From a virus, in the IMG/VR virus record IMGVR_UViG_3300020419_000859: 64,000 nt of DNA; one strand, given 5' to 3'. Below, piece after piece: positions 9,396-20,507 of the stretch. A program made the translations under genes and the position numbers. The notes beneath the pieces were generated by a model. It saw only the letters and a list, made by a program, of their open reading frames with translations, was not told the DNA's origin and made no database searches. Positions within the stretch are counted from its first letter, which is position 1. Each line of letters begins with the position of its first letter.

Positions 9396-10322
9396 ATGGC
9401 AAAACAAACAATAAACATAGGTTCAACACCAAACGACGGACAAGGTTCTACTATCAGAGTCGGTGGTGATATAATTAACGATAACTTTAACGAAATCTAT
9501 ACTGCTTTCGGAGACGGCTCTAATTTAAGTTCAGGTTTTATCACAGGTAAACAAGAGGGTACCAATTTTTCAAATTCTATAATGGTTGGACATAGTACAA
9601 CAGGTACTTTAAGTTCAGCAGAAAATAATGTCGCTGTAGGTAAAGGTTCTTTAGAATCTATAACTTCAGGAAATGAAAATACAGCCGTAGGTTTTGACAC
9701 TTTAAAAGTGGTAACAGGACAATCAGGAAATGTTGCTGTAGGTAACTCAGCAGGTAAAGCTGTTGCAAGTGTTAATAATACTTTAGTAGGAGAAAATGCA
9801 GGTTTAAAAGTATCTTCAGGAAGTACCAATACTTTTGTAGGTCATAATGCTGGTAATGCAATTGAAACTGGTTCAGGAAACGTAATTATAGGAAACGCAG
9901 TAGGTAACTCTGCTTCTACAACTAAACAATTTACTATTGCAGGATCAGACGGTTCTAGTTTGACAACTTGGTTAGAAGGAGACTCTACAGGTAAAGTTGT
10001 AGTGGCTGCTGATCCAACAGCTGCTATGGGTATCGCAACGAAACAATACGTAGACGCTCAGGTTGCTGGTGAAAACGAAATATCAGAAATGAACGATGTC
10101 ACTTTGACTAGTATTCAAACTGGTGATATTTTACAGTGGAACGGTAGTGCTTTTGTTAATTTTGCTTTAGGTACAATAGGTACTATGGCTGCTCAAAATG
10201 CCAATGCAGTCAATATTTCTGGTGGTTCTATCACTATGGGATCATTATCTAACACGTCAACTTTACTAGTTAAAAACTCTAGTGGTACAACATTAAAAAC
10301 AATTATTGGAACAACATCATAG
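9396..10322 (+). CDS. Baseplate-attached fibre/connector with gp9/gp10-type N-terminus and beta-roll repeats
   Basis: KQTINIGSTPNDGQG...INDNFNEIY N-terminus; repeated N-x-x-V/I-G motifs at about 14-aa spacing. Confidence 0.7.
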   Translation: MAKQTINIGSTPNDGQGSTIRVGGDIINDNFNEIYTAFGDGSNLSSGFITGKQEGTNFSNSIMVGHSTTGTLSSAENNVAVGKGSLESITSGNENTAVGFDTLKVVTGQSGNVAVGNSAGKAVASVNNTLVGENAGLKVSSGSTNTFVGHNAGNAIETGSGNVIIGNAVGNSASTTKQFTIAGSDGSSLTTWLEGDSTGKVVVAADPTAAMGIATKQYVDAQVAGENEISEMNDVTLTSIQTGDILQWNGSAFVNFALGTIGTMAAQNANAVNISGGSITMGSLSNTSTLLVKNSSGTTLKTIIGTTS

Positions 10323-10330
10323 GAAAGTAT

Positions 10331-10338
10331 TATAAATA
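10331..10338 (+). promoter_or_regulatory. T4-type late promoter
   Basis: TATAAATA upstream of gp8. Confidence 0.75.
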
Positions 10339-10350
10339 GGAATAAGAATT

Positions 10351-11820
10351 ATGCCAGCGATAATAACAACAAAATTCAGAATAAACAACAGTGAGCAATT
10401 TCACGAGTCTTTTAGTGAATCTGCTCCAAACGTTTACTATCTTGGTCTAGCAAGACCACAGGCTTTCGGTACTATCACAAGAGCAGATGGCCGAACAGAT
10501 TACGAAGGAACAGACTCAAATCCAATAACTCCAGGTGATACAGTTGTTGCAGAGTTTAATACTTTTGATGATCTTTTAGCAGCTAAAAAAATAACAAGTT
10601 CAGATGTTTCTTTTGCAATACCAAGAAGAAATTGGGCAACAGGAACAACATACGATATTTACAGACACGACTATGGCGAATATGTGACTGGTAGTACATC
10701 TACTAGAAATACAGCTAATGGTGGTGCAACTACTTTACATGACGCTAATTTTTATGTTTTAACTACAGACAGAAATGTATACAAATGTATTGACAATGAT
10801 GGTAATACTACTTCAACAACAGAGCCATCTGGTACAGGTACAAGTGTAATTACAACTGCTGATGGTTACAAATGGAAATATATGTACACTTTATCGGCGT
10901 CTCAACAATCTAATTTCTTATCAACAGATTTCATGGCAGTATCAACTAACTCAACAGTTAGTTCAGCCGCTGTAGACGGATCAATTGATTGTATTAAAAT
11001 TAAATCAGCAGGTTCGGGTGGTTCTAACGGTACTCACTCTGTCACTATTAAAGGTGACGGTTCAAGTGCAACTGCTAACGTAGTAGTTTCAGGTGGAACA
11101 ATTACATCGGTAACTATGACTAACGTTGGAGCAGGTTATACTTTTGGTACAGTTTCAAATGCAGAAATAGTATCTGCTGGTGCAACAGGTTTAACTGGTG
11201 CAGAATTAGATGTGATTATATCTCCAAAAGGTGGTCACGGTAAAAATGCAGTAGAAGAATTAGGTGGTTTCTTTGTAATGTTAAATGTAAATTTAGAAGG
11301 AACAGAATCAGCAAACTCTGGAGATTTTCATGCTGGTAACGACTTTAGAAAAATTTGTTTAATAAGAGATCCTGCTTCAGGTGGTTCAGCTGCTTCAGCA
11401 AACACTTTAAGAGGAACAAAAGCAATCAGAATTAACTCAACTCCAACACCAGGTACTTTTACAGTTGATGAAGAAATAAATCAAGCAACTACAGGTGCAG
11501 TAGGTAAAGTTGTAGAATGGGACGCAACAAACAGAATTTTATATTATATTCAAACAAGACACAATGACGCCGGCGTTGACGCTAATGGTAACTTGACAGC
11601 ATTTTCTAGTACACATGTAATTACTGGTCAATCATCTTCAGCAACAGGTACACCGGAGACTAGTGTATCATCAACAATTAACAATGTTGTATTTTCAGGT
11701 GGTTATTCTACTCCGGAAATAGATCATGACTCTGGCGATGTATTGTACATAGAGAACAGAGCACCTATTCAAAGAGCAACAGATCAAACGGAAAATATTA
11801 AACTAGTCATTGAGTTTTAA
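10351..11820 (+). CDS. g8: Baseplate wedge subunit gp8
   Basis: IPRRNW, FYVL...VYKCIDN, DGYKWKYMY, NDFRKI and C-terminal ENRAPIQRATDQTENIKLVIEF. Confidence 0.9.
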   Translation: MPAIITTKFRINNSEQFHESFSESAPNVYYLGLARPQAFGTITRADGRTDYEGTDSNPITPGDTVVAEFNTFDDLLAAKKITSSDVSFAIPRRNWATGTTYDIYRHDYGEYVTGSTSTRNTANGGATTLHDANFYVLTTDRNVYKCIDNDGNTTSTTEPSGTGTSVITTADGYKWKYMYTLSASQQSNFLSTDFMAVSTNSTVSSAAVDGSIDCIKIKSAGSGGSNGTHSVTIKGDGSSATANVVVSGGTITSVTMTNVGAGYTFGTVSNAEIVSAGATGLTGAELDVIISPKGGHGKNAVEELGGFFVMLNVNLEGTESANSGDFHAGNDFRKICLIRDPASGGSAASANTLRGTKAIRINSTPTPGTFTVDEEINQATTGAVGKVVEWDATNRILYYIQTRHNDAGVDANGNLTAFSSTHVITGQSSSATGTPETSVSSTINNVVFSGGYSTPEIDHDSGDVLYIENRAPIQRATDQTENIKLVIEF

Positions 11821-11831
11821 GGAAGGAAACT

Positions 11832-14800
11832 ATGCCAAGTCCAACAGACTTTAACCTTTCGCCTTACTACGATGACTTTAGCGAGTCAAAAAAGTTCCAT
11901 AGAGTTCTTTTTAGACCGTCTTTTGCAGTACAAGGTAGAGAGTTAACACAATCACAATCAATCTTACAAAATCAAATTGAAAGATTATCAGATCACGTCT
12001 TTGAACAAGGCGCTATGGTTATACCTGGCGATATTTCTTACGACTTAAATTACTATGCAGTTAAATTAACTTCATTTACAGATTCAGCAGCTGTTGGTGT
12101 TACCCTAAATGATTTTGTAGGTTTAACTTTAACAGGTGCAAGTTCAGGAGTAAAAGGAAGAGTTGTTAAAGTATCAGCAACAGATGGTACTGACCCTAAT
12201 ACATTATTTGTAAAATATTTAAATTCAGGTACAAATAAAACTTCAACAGCTTTTTCAAACGCAGAAACAATTTCAGTTGCAACTACTTTACAGTCTACAT
12301 CAACAACAGTTTCAGCAGTAGTATCTGCTACAGCAACAGGTAGTGCAGCTTCAGTAAAATCAGGTGTATACTACATAAACGGATTTCATGTACAAGTAAG
12401 TGATCAAGATTTAATATTAGACAAGTACACAAACACACCATCATACAGAGTAGGCTTATTAATATCAGAAAGTTTTGTCACACAAAACGATGATCTTTCT
12501 TTAAATGATAATGCTCAAGGAGTTTCAAACACAAATGCTCCAGGTGCTCACAGATTTAAAATAGATTTAACATTAACTAAAAAATCTTTATCTGCTACAG
12601 ACGATTCAAACTTTGTAGAGTTATTAAGATTAAAAAATGGTATTATACAAAATCAAGTTAGAACAACTGAATACGCTATATTAGAAGACACTATGGCTCG
12701 TAGAACGTTTGACGAGTCTGGCGATTATGCAGTAAGAGATTTTGATTTAGATTTAAGAGAACATTTAATTAACGGAACAAACAGAGGTATTTACACTTCA
12801 AGTGCTGGTGGTGTTGAAAGTAAGATTGCAGCTGGTTTAGCACCAGGTAAAGCATACGTTAAAGGTTACGAAATAGAAACTATTGGTACAACTTTTGTTG
12901 ACGTTGATAAAGCAAGAGACTTTGATACACAAAATAATTCAAATACAAGATTTGATGTAGGTAACTTTGTTCATGTTAATAATGTATTTGGTTCTCCAGA
13001 TGTAGGATTTGTATCAGGCGATGTTGAGTCATTTAAAAAAGTAGGTTTATATAGTACAGAAACATCGGTAAGAGGAACAGAAAACGCAGGATCAGGTTCT
13101 AACATAACTACAATTGGTCGTGCTAAGTCTAGAGGATTTGAATATAATAACGGTTCAGCAGTTAGTGGTTTCTTTTCTAGTTCAAGTACAACATCAAATA
13201 TATTCAAACATTATCTTTTTGATATTGTTATGTTCACACACTTAAGCTGTCCTAAAAATCAAGCATTTACAAATGGGGAAGAAATTACAGGAGGTACTTC
13301 AGGTGCTAAAGGTACATATGAAAGTATTTCTACTGAACAAGGTCACACAATCACAGGTGCAACAAAAGCTAATCCTGTAGTAATAACTGCTTCAAACACT
13401 TTACAAGATGGTCAACAAGTGACAATTAATAGTGTTGGTGGTATGACACAATTAAATGGTAACACATATACAGTTAAAAATCCAACTAGTTCAAATTTTG
13501 AATTAGATGTAGACGGTACAGGTTTTAGTACATATACAAGTGGTGGTACAGCAGATCATTCTGTTGTTGTTTTATCTAGTGTATCAGGAACATTTATACC
13601 AGGAGAAACAATTACTGGTGGTGTTTCATCAAGCACTGCTACTATTCAAGCAAATGCTAGAGGTTATAAAGGTGTCACTTCATACGATTTCTCATCTACA
13701 AAACAACTTGGTATGGCTAGTTCACAATGTACATACACAGCTGATACTACTTTAGATAATACATACGGAGAAAGTTTACAAATTTCAGGTACAATATCAG
13801 TAGCAAACTCTAATAATTCAATTACAGGTTTTGGTACTAGATTTACTACAGAGTTAAGAATAGGTGACTCAATTACATTTACTACAGACGCAGGTACTTC
13901 AATAACAAAAATTGTTGAGGCAATAATTTCAGATACTTCTTTAGAGTTAACAACTAACGTTGGTGGTTCAGACGTATCAACTAAATCAAATGCAAATAGA
14001 AATAGAGCAACACTAAAAGAAACTGATAAGAACGTTGCATTATTTGAATTGCCATATGAAACAGTTAAAACATTAAAAACAACTTCAAACTCTGGTGCTA
14101 GTGATACTAACTTTAAAATAAGAAGACACTTTACACAAACTTTAGGTTCAAATGGTGACGCAACTATTTCAGCAGGTACAAATGAAACTTTTGTTTCTTT
14201 AGATGAAAAAGATTATGCAGTTTCAATTATGACAACTGGTTCTGGTGGAACAGGTGCAGCTGGAGATTTCTTATCTTTAACTGGTAATAACCACGAAGGA
14301 GATCCGATCTTTACATTAAGTGGTTCTCCATCAGGAAAATCTTTAATACTAGATTTTGGTTCTAACTTTGCAAATCATAAAGTTAAAATTTTAGCAACTG
14401 TTAGTAGATCAGTTGTAGAAGAAAAATCAAAAACTTTAGTCACTAATAAATTATTAGAAGTTGAAACATTAGCAAATATTACAAAACAAGGTGGTGTTAG
14501 ATTAATTAATTCTGATATTCATAGAATAGTATCAATAAAAATGGCAACAGCTTTTGGTACATACAATAATAGTGGTGAAGTAGATATTACAGATAGATAC
14601 GATTTAGATAATGGCCAAAGAGATAACTTCTATGATATAGGTAGAATTATATTGAAAAAAGGTGCTTTAGTACCTACAGGTTCAATTGAAATAATTTATG
14701 ATTATTTCTCTCATGGTTCAGGCGATGTATTTACAGTAGATAGTTATTCAGGTGCTGTTAGTTATGAAGAAATACCTTCTCACACTTCAGACACTACAGG

Positions 14801-17800
14801 AAAAACTTATGAGTTAAGAGACTGTCTAGATTTTAGACCAAGAGTAGATGACGCTTCAACAATCAATAAAGGAGAACAAGATAGATACTTTAATGGTGCT
14901 GGCGCTTCAGTTGTTGACGTTGCTAAATTTGGTACAGATATAACTTCAGATTTAGAATACTATTTACCAAGAATAGATAAAATATTTTTAGATAAAGATG
15001 GTGGATTTAAAATTGCAAAAGGGGCTAGTGCATTAGTACCTCAAGCACCGAAAAGTTTAGATGGTGCAATGCATTTATACACATTAGAAATTCCAGCATA
15101 CACATTAGATACAGACGATATTACTATTACTAAAGTTGACAATCAAAGATATACTATGAGAGATATTGGTAAATTAGAAAACAGAATAGAAAATTTAGAA
15201 TACTATACTCAATTGTCATTATTAGAAATGCAAGCAGAAAATTTACAAGTACAAGACGCAGACGGTTTTGATAGATTTAAAAATGGTTTCATAGTTGATA
15301 ACTTTACAGGTCATGGTGTTGGTGATGTAAGAAATTTAGATTACAGAGCTGCTATGGATATGGCAAGAGGAGAAATGAGACCTATGTTTAATGAGGACGC
15401 CGTACAATTAATTGAAGCTGATGATGATGGCACAACAATTACAGCGTCTGATAGAACAGCGGCTAATTATCAAAAAACAGGTGATTGTTTAACCTTACCT
15501 TATACAGAAACAACTTTAATAGATCAACCTTTTGCAAGTAAATTTGTTAATGTAAATCCATTTGACGTATTCTCATGGACAGGTAGTATTCAATTAACAC
15601 CACCAAGTGATGAGTGGAAAGAAACAGAAAGAACACCTGAATTAGTAATTAATAGAATAGGTAGTTTTGACACACTAGTACAAAATTTAGGAAATCCAAA
15701 CTTAGCAAGTGTTGAGATTGGTACTGTATGGAATGACTGGCAAGAGTTTTGGTCAGGAACACCAACAGAAATCGGCAGACGAAATATGGGTAACCATAGA
15801 GCTGGTAGAAGAATATTCAGACGAGAAGAAATTACAAGCAGAGGTCAAATGTCTGCTACAAGAACAGGTGTAAGAACAAGAATAGTTCCACAAGTAGTAA
15901 GAAATTCAATTGGCGACAGAGTTGTTAGTGTTGGTTTTGTTCCTTTCATAAGAAGTAGAACATTAACATTTAACGCAACAAGATTAAAACCTGAAACAAG
16001 AGTATATCCTTTCTTTGATAATATTGATATAACAAGTTATGTCACACCAAACGGTGGTTCTCTAGGTGGTAACCTAGTGACAGACGTTAACGGTGCAGTT
16101 TCAGGAACGTTTGCAATACCTGATCCAAAAGTAAATAGTAATCCAAGATGGAGAACAGGTCAAAGAGTATTCAGATTAACAAGTTCATCTACAAATAATT
16201 TAAGTTCAGCTGTTCAAACTTCAGGTGAGGCAGATTATCTTGCTAAAGGCGCTTTAGAAACTGTACAAGAAACAATTATTTCTACAAGAGAAGCACAAAC
16301 TGTTAGAGAAAGTACAGTTGAAACAGTTAGTAGAGGAACACAATCAAGAACAAGAATTACAGAAACAACAATAGGTTGGACTGATCCATTAGCACAAACA
16401 TTTTTAGTTGACGATCCAGGTGGAGTTTTCTTAACATCACTTGATTTATATTTCAGTTCAAAAGACGACAATATTCCGGTAACAGTACAGATTAGAGAAG
16501 TAGTAAACGGATATCCAGGAAAAAGAATAGTTCCTTTTTCTGAAAAAACTTTAAATCCAGGTTCAGTAAATACAAGTACAGACGCAACAACGGCTACTAC
16601 ATTTACCTTTGATAGTCCAGTTTATTTACAAGAAAATACAGAATACTGTTTTGTTGTAATGGCAAATACTAATAATTACAACTGCTATGTTGGTAGATTA
16701 GGAGAAAGAGTAATAAATTCAGATAGAACAATATCACAACAACCATACGCTGGTGTTCTATTTAAATCACAGAATGGTTCAACTTGGACGGCTGAACAAA
16801 ACGAGGACATAAAGTTCAAAATAAAGAGAGCAGAATTTGAAAACGTGACTGGTACAGTGACATTGTGCAATGACACTTTACCTACTAGAACATTAAAAAC
16901 TAATCCGTTAAGAACAACAAATAGTTCAGGCGTAATTAGAGTTTATCATCCAAATCATGGAATGCATGGTACATCAAACAATGTCACAATTGCTGGTATA
17001 CCATCAGGTACTTACAATGGTATTGCTCATTCAGACATAAACGGAACATACACAAGTATTTCAAACGTCACTTTAGATAGCTATGATATAACAACTACAG
17101 GTACAGCAAATGCAACAGGAGATATAGGGGGCTCTGTTGTGACTGCAACTCAAAATAGATTGTACGATCTATTAAATTTAAACTTATCTACAGCGACAGT
17201 TCCAGGCACAAGCATTGCTTACACAATGAGACCAACTACAGGTAAATCTGTACATGGTTCGGAAACAGAATTTAGTTTAACGACATCAACTAATGCAGTT
17301 TCAGTTATAGCAAATGATAATATTTACTTCACAGCACCAAATATGGTCGCAAGTGATATAAATCAAACAAATGAAATGTCAGGAAGTAAATCTTTATTTG
17401 TAAACTTAACAATGACAACTAACAACACTAAACTTTCGCCAGTATTAGACTTGCAAAGAATTAGTGCATACACAATTCAAAATAGATTAAACTCATGTAC
17501 ATCAAGTAATACACCTGATTATGTAAGTGATGAAGAAAGCACAGGCACATCATCTGCTGGTGTTTACGTGACTAAACCAATTGTGTTAGAAAACTTGTCA
17601 ACTGCTTTAGATGTAAGATTAACTCAAAACGTAAGATCAACTTCTAGTGTCCTCGTTTACTACAGATTATCATCATCTGAAGAATCAAGAAATATAAATG
17701 ATATAGGCTGGACACCTTTCAATTCAGCAGGCGAAGAAGACACTACAGTGACGCCAGCTCAAGATGATGAAACATTTAAAGAATACAAATATAGTGCAAG

Positions 17801-17909
17801 TGGTCTAAATGAATTTAGTACTTTCCAATTAAAAATTGTTATGAAAGGTACAAATTCTGCTTATCCACCTGTAGTTAAAGATTTAAGAGGTATTGCATTG
17901 GCAGTATAA
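11832..17909 (+). CDS. Large virion structural protein (VrlC-like / DUF4815-type)
   Basis: N-terminal PYYDDF...RVLFRP..AVQGRELTQ.Q, PGAHRFKI, ARRTFDESGDY, LENRIENLEYYT and DPLAQTF motifs typical of marine T4-like phages. Confidence 0.8.
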   Translation: MPSPTDFNLSPYYDDFSESKKFHRVLFRPSFAVQGRELTQSQSILQNQIERLSDHVFEQGAMVIPGDISYDLNYYAVKLTSFTDSAAVGVTLNDFVGLTLTGASSGVKGRVVKVSATDGTDPNTLFVKYLNSGTNKTSTAFSNAETISVATTLQSTSTTVSAVVSATATGSAASVKSGVYYINGFHVQVSDQDLILDKYTNTPSYRVGLLISESFVTQNDDLSLNDNAQGVSNTNAPGAHRFKIDLTLTKKSLSATDDSNFVELLRLKNGIIQNQVRTTEYAILEDTMARRTFDESGDYAVRDFDLDLREHLINGTNRGIYTSSAGGVESKIAAGLAPGKAYVKGYEIETIGTTFVDVDKARDFDTQNNSNTRFDVGNFVHVNNVFGSPDVGFVSGDVESFKKVGLYSTETSVRGTENAGSGSNITTIGRAKSRGFEYNNGSAVSGFFSSSSTTSNIFKHYLFDIVMFTHLSCPKNQAFTNGEEITGGTSGAKGTYESISTEQGHTITGATKANPVVITASNTLQDGQQVTINSVGGMTQLNGNTYTVKNPTSSNFELDVDGTGFSTYTSGGTADHSVVVLSSVSGTFIPGETITGGVSSSTATIQANARGYKGVTSYDFSSTKQLGMASSQCTYTADTTLDNTYGESLQISGTISVANSNNSITGFGTRFTTELRIGDSITFTTDAGTSITKIVEAIISDTSLELTTNVGGSDVSTKSNANRNRATLKETDKNVALFELPYETVKTLKTTSNSGASDTNFKIRRHFTQTLGSNGDATISAGTNETFVSLDEKDYAVSIMTTGSGGTGAAGDFLSLTGNNHEGDPIFTLSGSPSGKSLILDFGSNFANHKVKILATVSRSVVEEKSKTLVTNKLLEVETLANITKQGGVRLINSDIHRIVSIKMATAFGTYNNSGEVDITDRYDLDNGQRDNFYDIGRIILKKGALVPTGSIEIIYDYFSHGSGDVFTVDSYSGAVSYEEIPSHTSDTTGKTYELRDCLDFRPRVDDASTINKGEQDRYFNGAGASVVDVAKFGTDITSDLEYYLPRIDKIFLDKDGGFKIAKGASALVPQAPKSLDGAMHLYTLEIPAYTLDTDDITITKVDNQRYTMRDIGKLENRIENLEYYTQLSLLEMQAENLQVQDADGFDRFKNGFIVDNFTGHGVGDVRNLDYRAAMDMARGEMRPMFNEDAVQLIEADDDGTTITASDRTAANYQKTGDCLTLPYTETTLIDQPFASKFVNVNPFDVFSWTGSIQLTPPSDEWKETERTPELVINRIGSFDTLVQNLGNPNLASVEIGTVWNDWQEFWSGTPTEIGRRNMGNHRAGRRIFRREEITSRGQMSATRTGVRTRIVPQVVRNSIGDRVVSVGFVPFIRSRTLTFNATRLKPETRVYPFFDNIDITSYVTPNGGSLGGNLVTDVNGAVSGTFAIPDPKVNSNPRWRTGQRVFRLTSSSTNNLSSAVQTSGEADYLAKGALETVQETIISTREAQTVRESTVETVSRGTQSRTRITETTIGWTDPLAQTFLVDDPGGVFLTSLDLYFSSKDDNIPVTVQIREVVNGYPGKRIVPFSEKTLNPGSVNTSTDATTATTFTFDSPVYLQENTEYCFVVMANTNNYNCYVGRLGERVINSDRTISQQPYAGVLFKSQNGSTWTAEQNEDIKFKIKRAEFENVTGTVTLCNDTLPTRTLKTNPLRTTNSSGVIRVYHPNHGMHGTSNNVTIAGIPSGTYNGIAHSDINGTYTSISNVTLDSYDITTTGTANATGDIGGSVVTATQNRLYDLLNLNLSTATVPGTSIAYTMRPTTGKSVHGSETEFSLTTSTNAVSVIANDNIYFTAPNMVASDINQTNEMSGSKSLFVNLTMTTNNTKLSPVLDLQRISAYTIQNRLNSCTSSNTPDYVSDEESTGTSSAGVYVTKPIVLENLSTALDVRLTQNVRSTSSVLVYYRLSSSEESRNINDIGWTPFNSAGEEDTTVTPAQDDETFKEYKYSASGLNEFSTFQLKIVMKGTNSAYPPVVKDLRGIALAV

Positions 17910-17913
17910 TAAT

Positions 17914-18135
17914 ATGGCTAGTTCTACATTAAAAGTTGAAGGTTTTGAAAGTTTAGTAAGAGACGTTAATACGAAGGCTATTATTAATACTAATAGAGCG
18001 GAATATAATAACTACATGAAAAGAGTTAAGGCTAGAGAAAATAGTGCTGATACAATAAGAGGTCTTTGTAAAGAGATAAATAACTTAAAGAAAGAATTAT
18101 TTGAAATTAAAAATAGTATAAAAGGTAAAAAATAA
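17914..18135 (+). CDS. Small coiled-coil protein of the structural module
   Basis: VEGFESLVRD..TKAIIN motif and heptad-like C-terminus; ATG at 17914. Confidence 0.65.
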   Translation: MASSTLKVEGFESLVRDVNTKAIINTNRAEYNNYMKRVKARENSADTIRGLCKEINNLKKELFEIKNSIKGKK

Positions 18136-18671
18136 TGGCAGTTAAAAACATAGCAGTAACCGATACACTAGAAACATTTAGAACGCAATTTAATGATTTA
18201 GCGGCTAATGATTTTGGTGACGCAGCTGCTTTATCAGCTGCTGGTATTTCAGCAACATCTGTTGTTGGTGCAGTTGTAGAGTTATCTGCTCAAATAGGTA
18301 CTGGAGAAGGACATTACATAAGAGACGCAAGTTCAACAGTTCAGTTGATTGCTCCAGGTAATACTATATCTTTTCTAGGTACAAGTAATCAAATAACTGC
18401 TACAGTTTCAAGTCCAGATACAGTGACGTTGGCGTTTCCAACTAACGTGACGGTTACTAACTTAACAGTTAATGGTACATTGAACGGACAAACAATTACT
18501 TTTCCAAGTGCAACAGGAGAAATTATAACAACTGGATCAATTGATAAAGTTAGTGAAAGTATGATGGCTAATGACGCAATTAGTTCAACTGAATTGAAAT
18601 CATTATCTACATTATTAATTAAAAACAGTTCAGGTACTACATTAAAAACAGTACACGGCGCTGGCGTTTAA
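18135..18671 (+). CDS. Short fibre/structural protein
   Basis: DTLETFRTQFN N-terminus; ends in the shared LLIKNSSGTTLKT motif. Confidence 0.6.
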   Translation: MAVKNIAVTDTLETFRTQFNDLAANDFGDAAALSAAGISATSVVGAVVELSAQIGTGEGHYIRDASSTVQLIAPGNTISFLGTSNQITATVSSPDTVTLAFPTNVTVTNLTVNGTLNGQTITFPSATGEIITTGSIDKVSESMMANDAISSTELKSLSTLLIKNSSGTTLKTVHGAGV

Positions 18672-18705
18672 AAACTAGTCACTTAATTGTGACATAAATA
18701 AAATT

Positions 18706-19437
18706 ATGAATATATTATTAACAGGCAGTGAAGGATTTATAGGAAAACACCTTTACAAATTTTTAGAACAAAACAATCACAATATAATACCAATAGATAA
18801 ACTATCAGGCAACGATTTAATTGCTTGTGATCTTAAATACAATGTAGACATGGTTGTACATCTTGCTGGTCTTTCGGGAGTTAGAGACAGTTTAGATAGA
18901 CCAACAGAATATTGGACAAATAACGTAATAGCAGGTCAAAGATTATTTGAGTATTTTCCAAATACAAGAATACTATATGCAAGTTCATCAACGGCTGTAG
19001 AGCCTTGGAGAAACCCTTATGCTATGAGTAAATATTCTTTAGAACGTTTAGCACCAGAGAATAGTGTTGGTATGAGATTTACAACAGTATACGGTCCAGG
19101 CGCAAGAGAACATATGTTAATACCAAGAATATTAAGAAATGATGTTCCGTTTGTACATACTAATCATACAAGAGACTTTATACATGTAGATGATGTATTA
19201 AGTGCTGTAGATACTTTGATGAAAAGTGATTACAAAGGAGTATTAGATGTTGGTTGTGGTAAATCTTATAACTTACAAGAATTATTACAACATAATGGTA
19301 TAGATTGTGAAAAACGGATCGGGAACGAATCTGAACGTACAGATAACAGAGCAAACAACGAAGATTTAATAAACTTAAATTGGTCACCTAAATGTGATCT
19401 ATATAACTATATAAAGGAGAATAAAAATGTCCAATGA
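18706..19437 (+). CDS. NAD-dependent epimerase/dehydratase (extended SDR)
   Basis: TGSEGFIG, HLA, YASSS, YxxxK (YAMSK), VYGP and RDFIHVDD motifs. Confidence 0.92.
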   Translation: MNILLTGSEGFIGKHLYKFLEQNNHNIIPIDKLSGNDLIACDLKYNVDMVVHLAGLSGVRDSLDRPTEYWTNNVIAGQRLFEYFPNTRILYASSSTAVEPWRNPYAMSKYSLERLAPENSVGMRFTTVYGPGAREHMLIPRILRNDVPFVHTNHTRDFIHVDDVLSAVDTLMKSDYKGVLDVGCGKSYNLQELLQHNGIDCEKRIGNESERTDNRANNEDLINLNWSPKCDLYNYIKENKNVQ

Positions 19438-19945
19438 AATAAAATCATTTGAACATAAGACGGTTGGCTACAGCGAAGAATTATTAAAAAACAATTTCGT
19501 TGAAGCTAGATTTACAAATAACGAAAGAACGTGGATAGAAGTACTTACTAATGAAAAGGGAGATTCTTTAACGTCTACACATATTGAATTTGATGAAAAT
19601 GCTTGGCAGTATAAAGCTTTAATGACTGTCACTGATATTGATAAGATACATGAGGCAACATATATTCATAATGAAAAACAAAGAAAAGAATTTGAAGAAG
19701 TTGCAATCAATATTGCTAAAAGAGAAGGACTTGTTCAAACAGATCAACAAGATCCAACAAAAATTTTAAATTTACTTTTTAATGATCAAGAGGCAGACGA
19801 AGACGAAATGTTTGCTTTAAAAATTGCTGTATTTGAAATAGATAAAATTAAAGATTCAACAAACCTTGAAGCTAAGAAAGCATTAAGAAAATCTAAATCT
19901 AGATTAGAATTAATTAGAGGTGCTATTGATCTCTATGAGGGATAA
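19427..19945 (+). CDS. Hypothetical phage protein
   Basis: ORF with AAGGAG RBS. Confidence 0.65.
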   Translation: MSNEIKSFEHKTVGYSEELLKNNFVEARFTNNERTWIEVLTNEKGDSLTSTHIEFDENAWQYKALMTVTDIDKIHEATYIHNEKQRKEFEEVAINIAKREGLVQTDQQDPTKILNLLFNDQEADEDEMFALKIAVFEIDKIKDSTNLEAKKALRKSKSRLELIRGAIDLYEG

Positions 19946-20507
19946 TATAATCTGACCACCAACCTTGCCAACCTGGTTCTAATAGGTGGTTCATCTGGCC
20001 TAAAGTACATATACTATATTCTTTTGGTGGTATTTCATACATGTGATTCTTTATAGAAGGACAAACTTTGTCATAACAATTGTATTCTATTTCTCTATAG
20101 TAAAATTCGTCACTACCTTTATCGTATTTTTCTAAATAGACATCTTCATCTTCTTTAAACTTATCCCATATATGAGATACATCACCTGTCCATGAAACGA
20201 TAGTTGAGTTAAGTGGTGTATGAGCTTCTTCTCTCCACCATAGGTCATTTAATAATGTAAAATCTTTTCTGAATAAATTTGGTAGTTCTTTCCATATAAT
20301 AACATCTAAATCAAAGTATAAGTTTTCTCCGTCTCTAAACTTATCGTACATTTGAAACTTATTGTACCAATTACCATAAATGTCATTTTCAATAACTTCA
20401 AAACTATCATAAGATATTCCAGAATGGAAATCTATCATATATTTTAAGTTATCAACATGCCATTGAGTAAACTTATTACCGAATCTACAGGCTATTATTC
20501 TTCTCAT
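19923..20507 (-). CDS. GT-A-fold glycosyltransferase-like protein
   Basis: DxD motif in LYFDLDVII, NSTIVSW and GSDEF. Start at ATG 20507 overlaps the upstream gene. Confidence 0.65.
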   Translation of the reverse strand: MRRIIACRFGNKFTQWHVDNLKYMIDFHSGISYDSFEVIENDIYGNWYNKFQMYDKFRDGENLYFDLDVIIWKELPNLFRKDFTLLNDLWWREEAHTPLNSTIVSWTGDVSHIWDKFKEDEDVYLEKYDKGSDEFYYREIEYNCYDKVCPSIKNHMYEIPPKEYSICTLGQMNHLLEPGWQGWWSDYIIPHRDQ

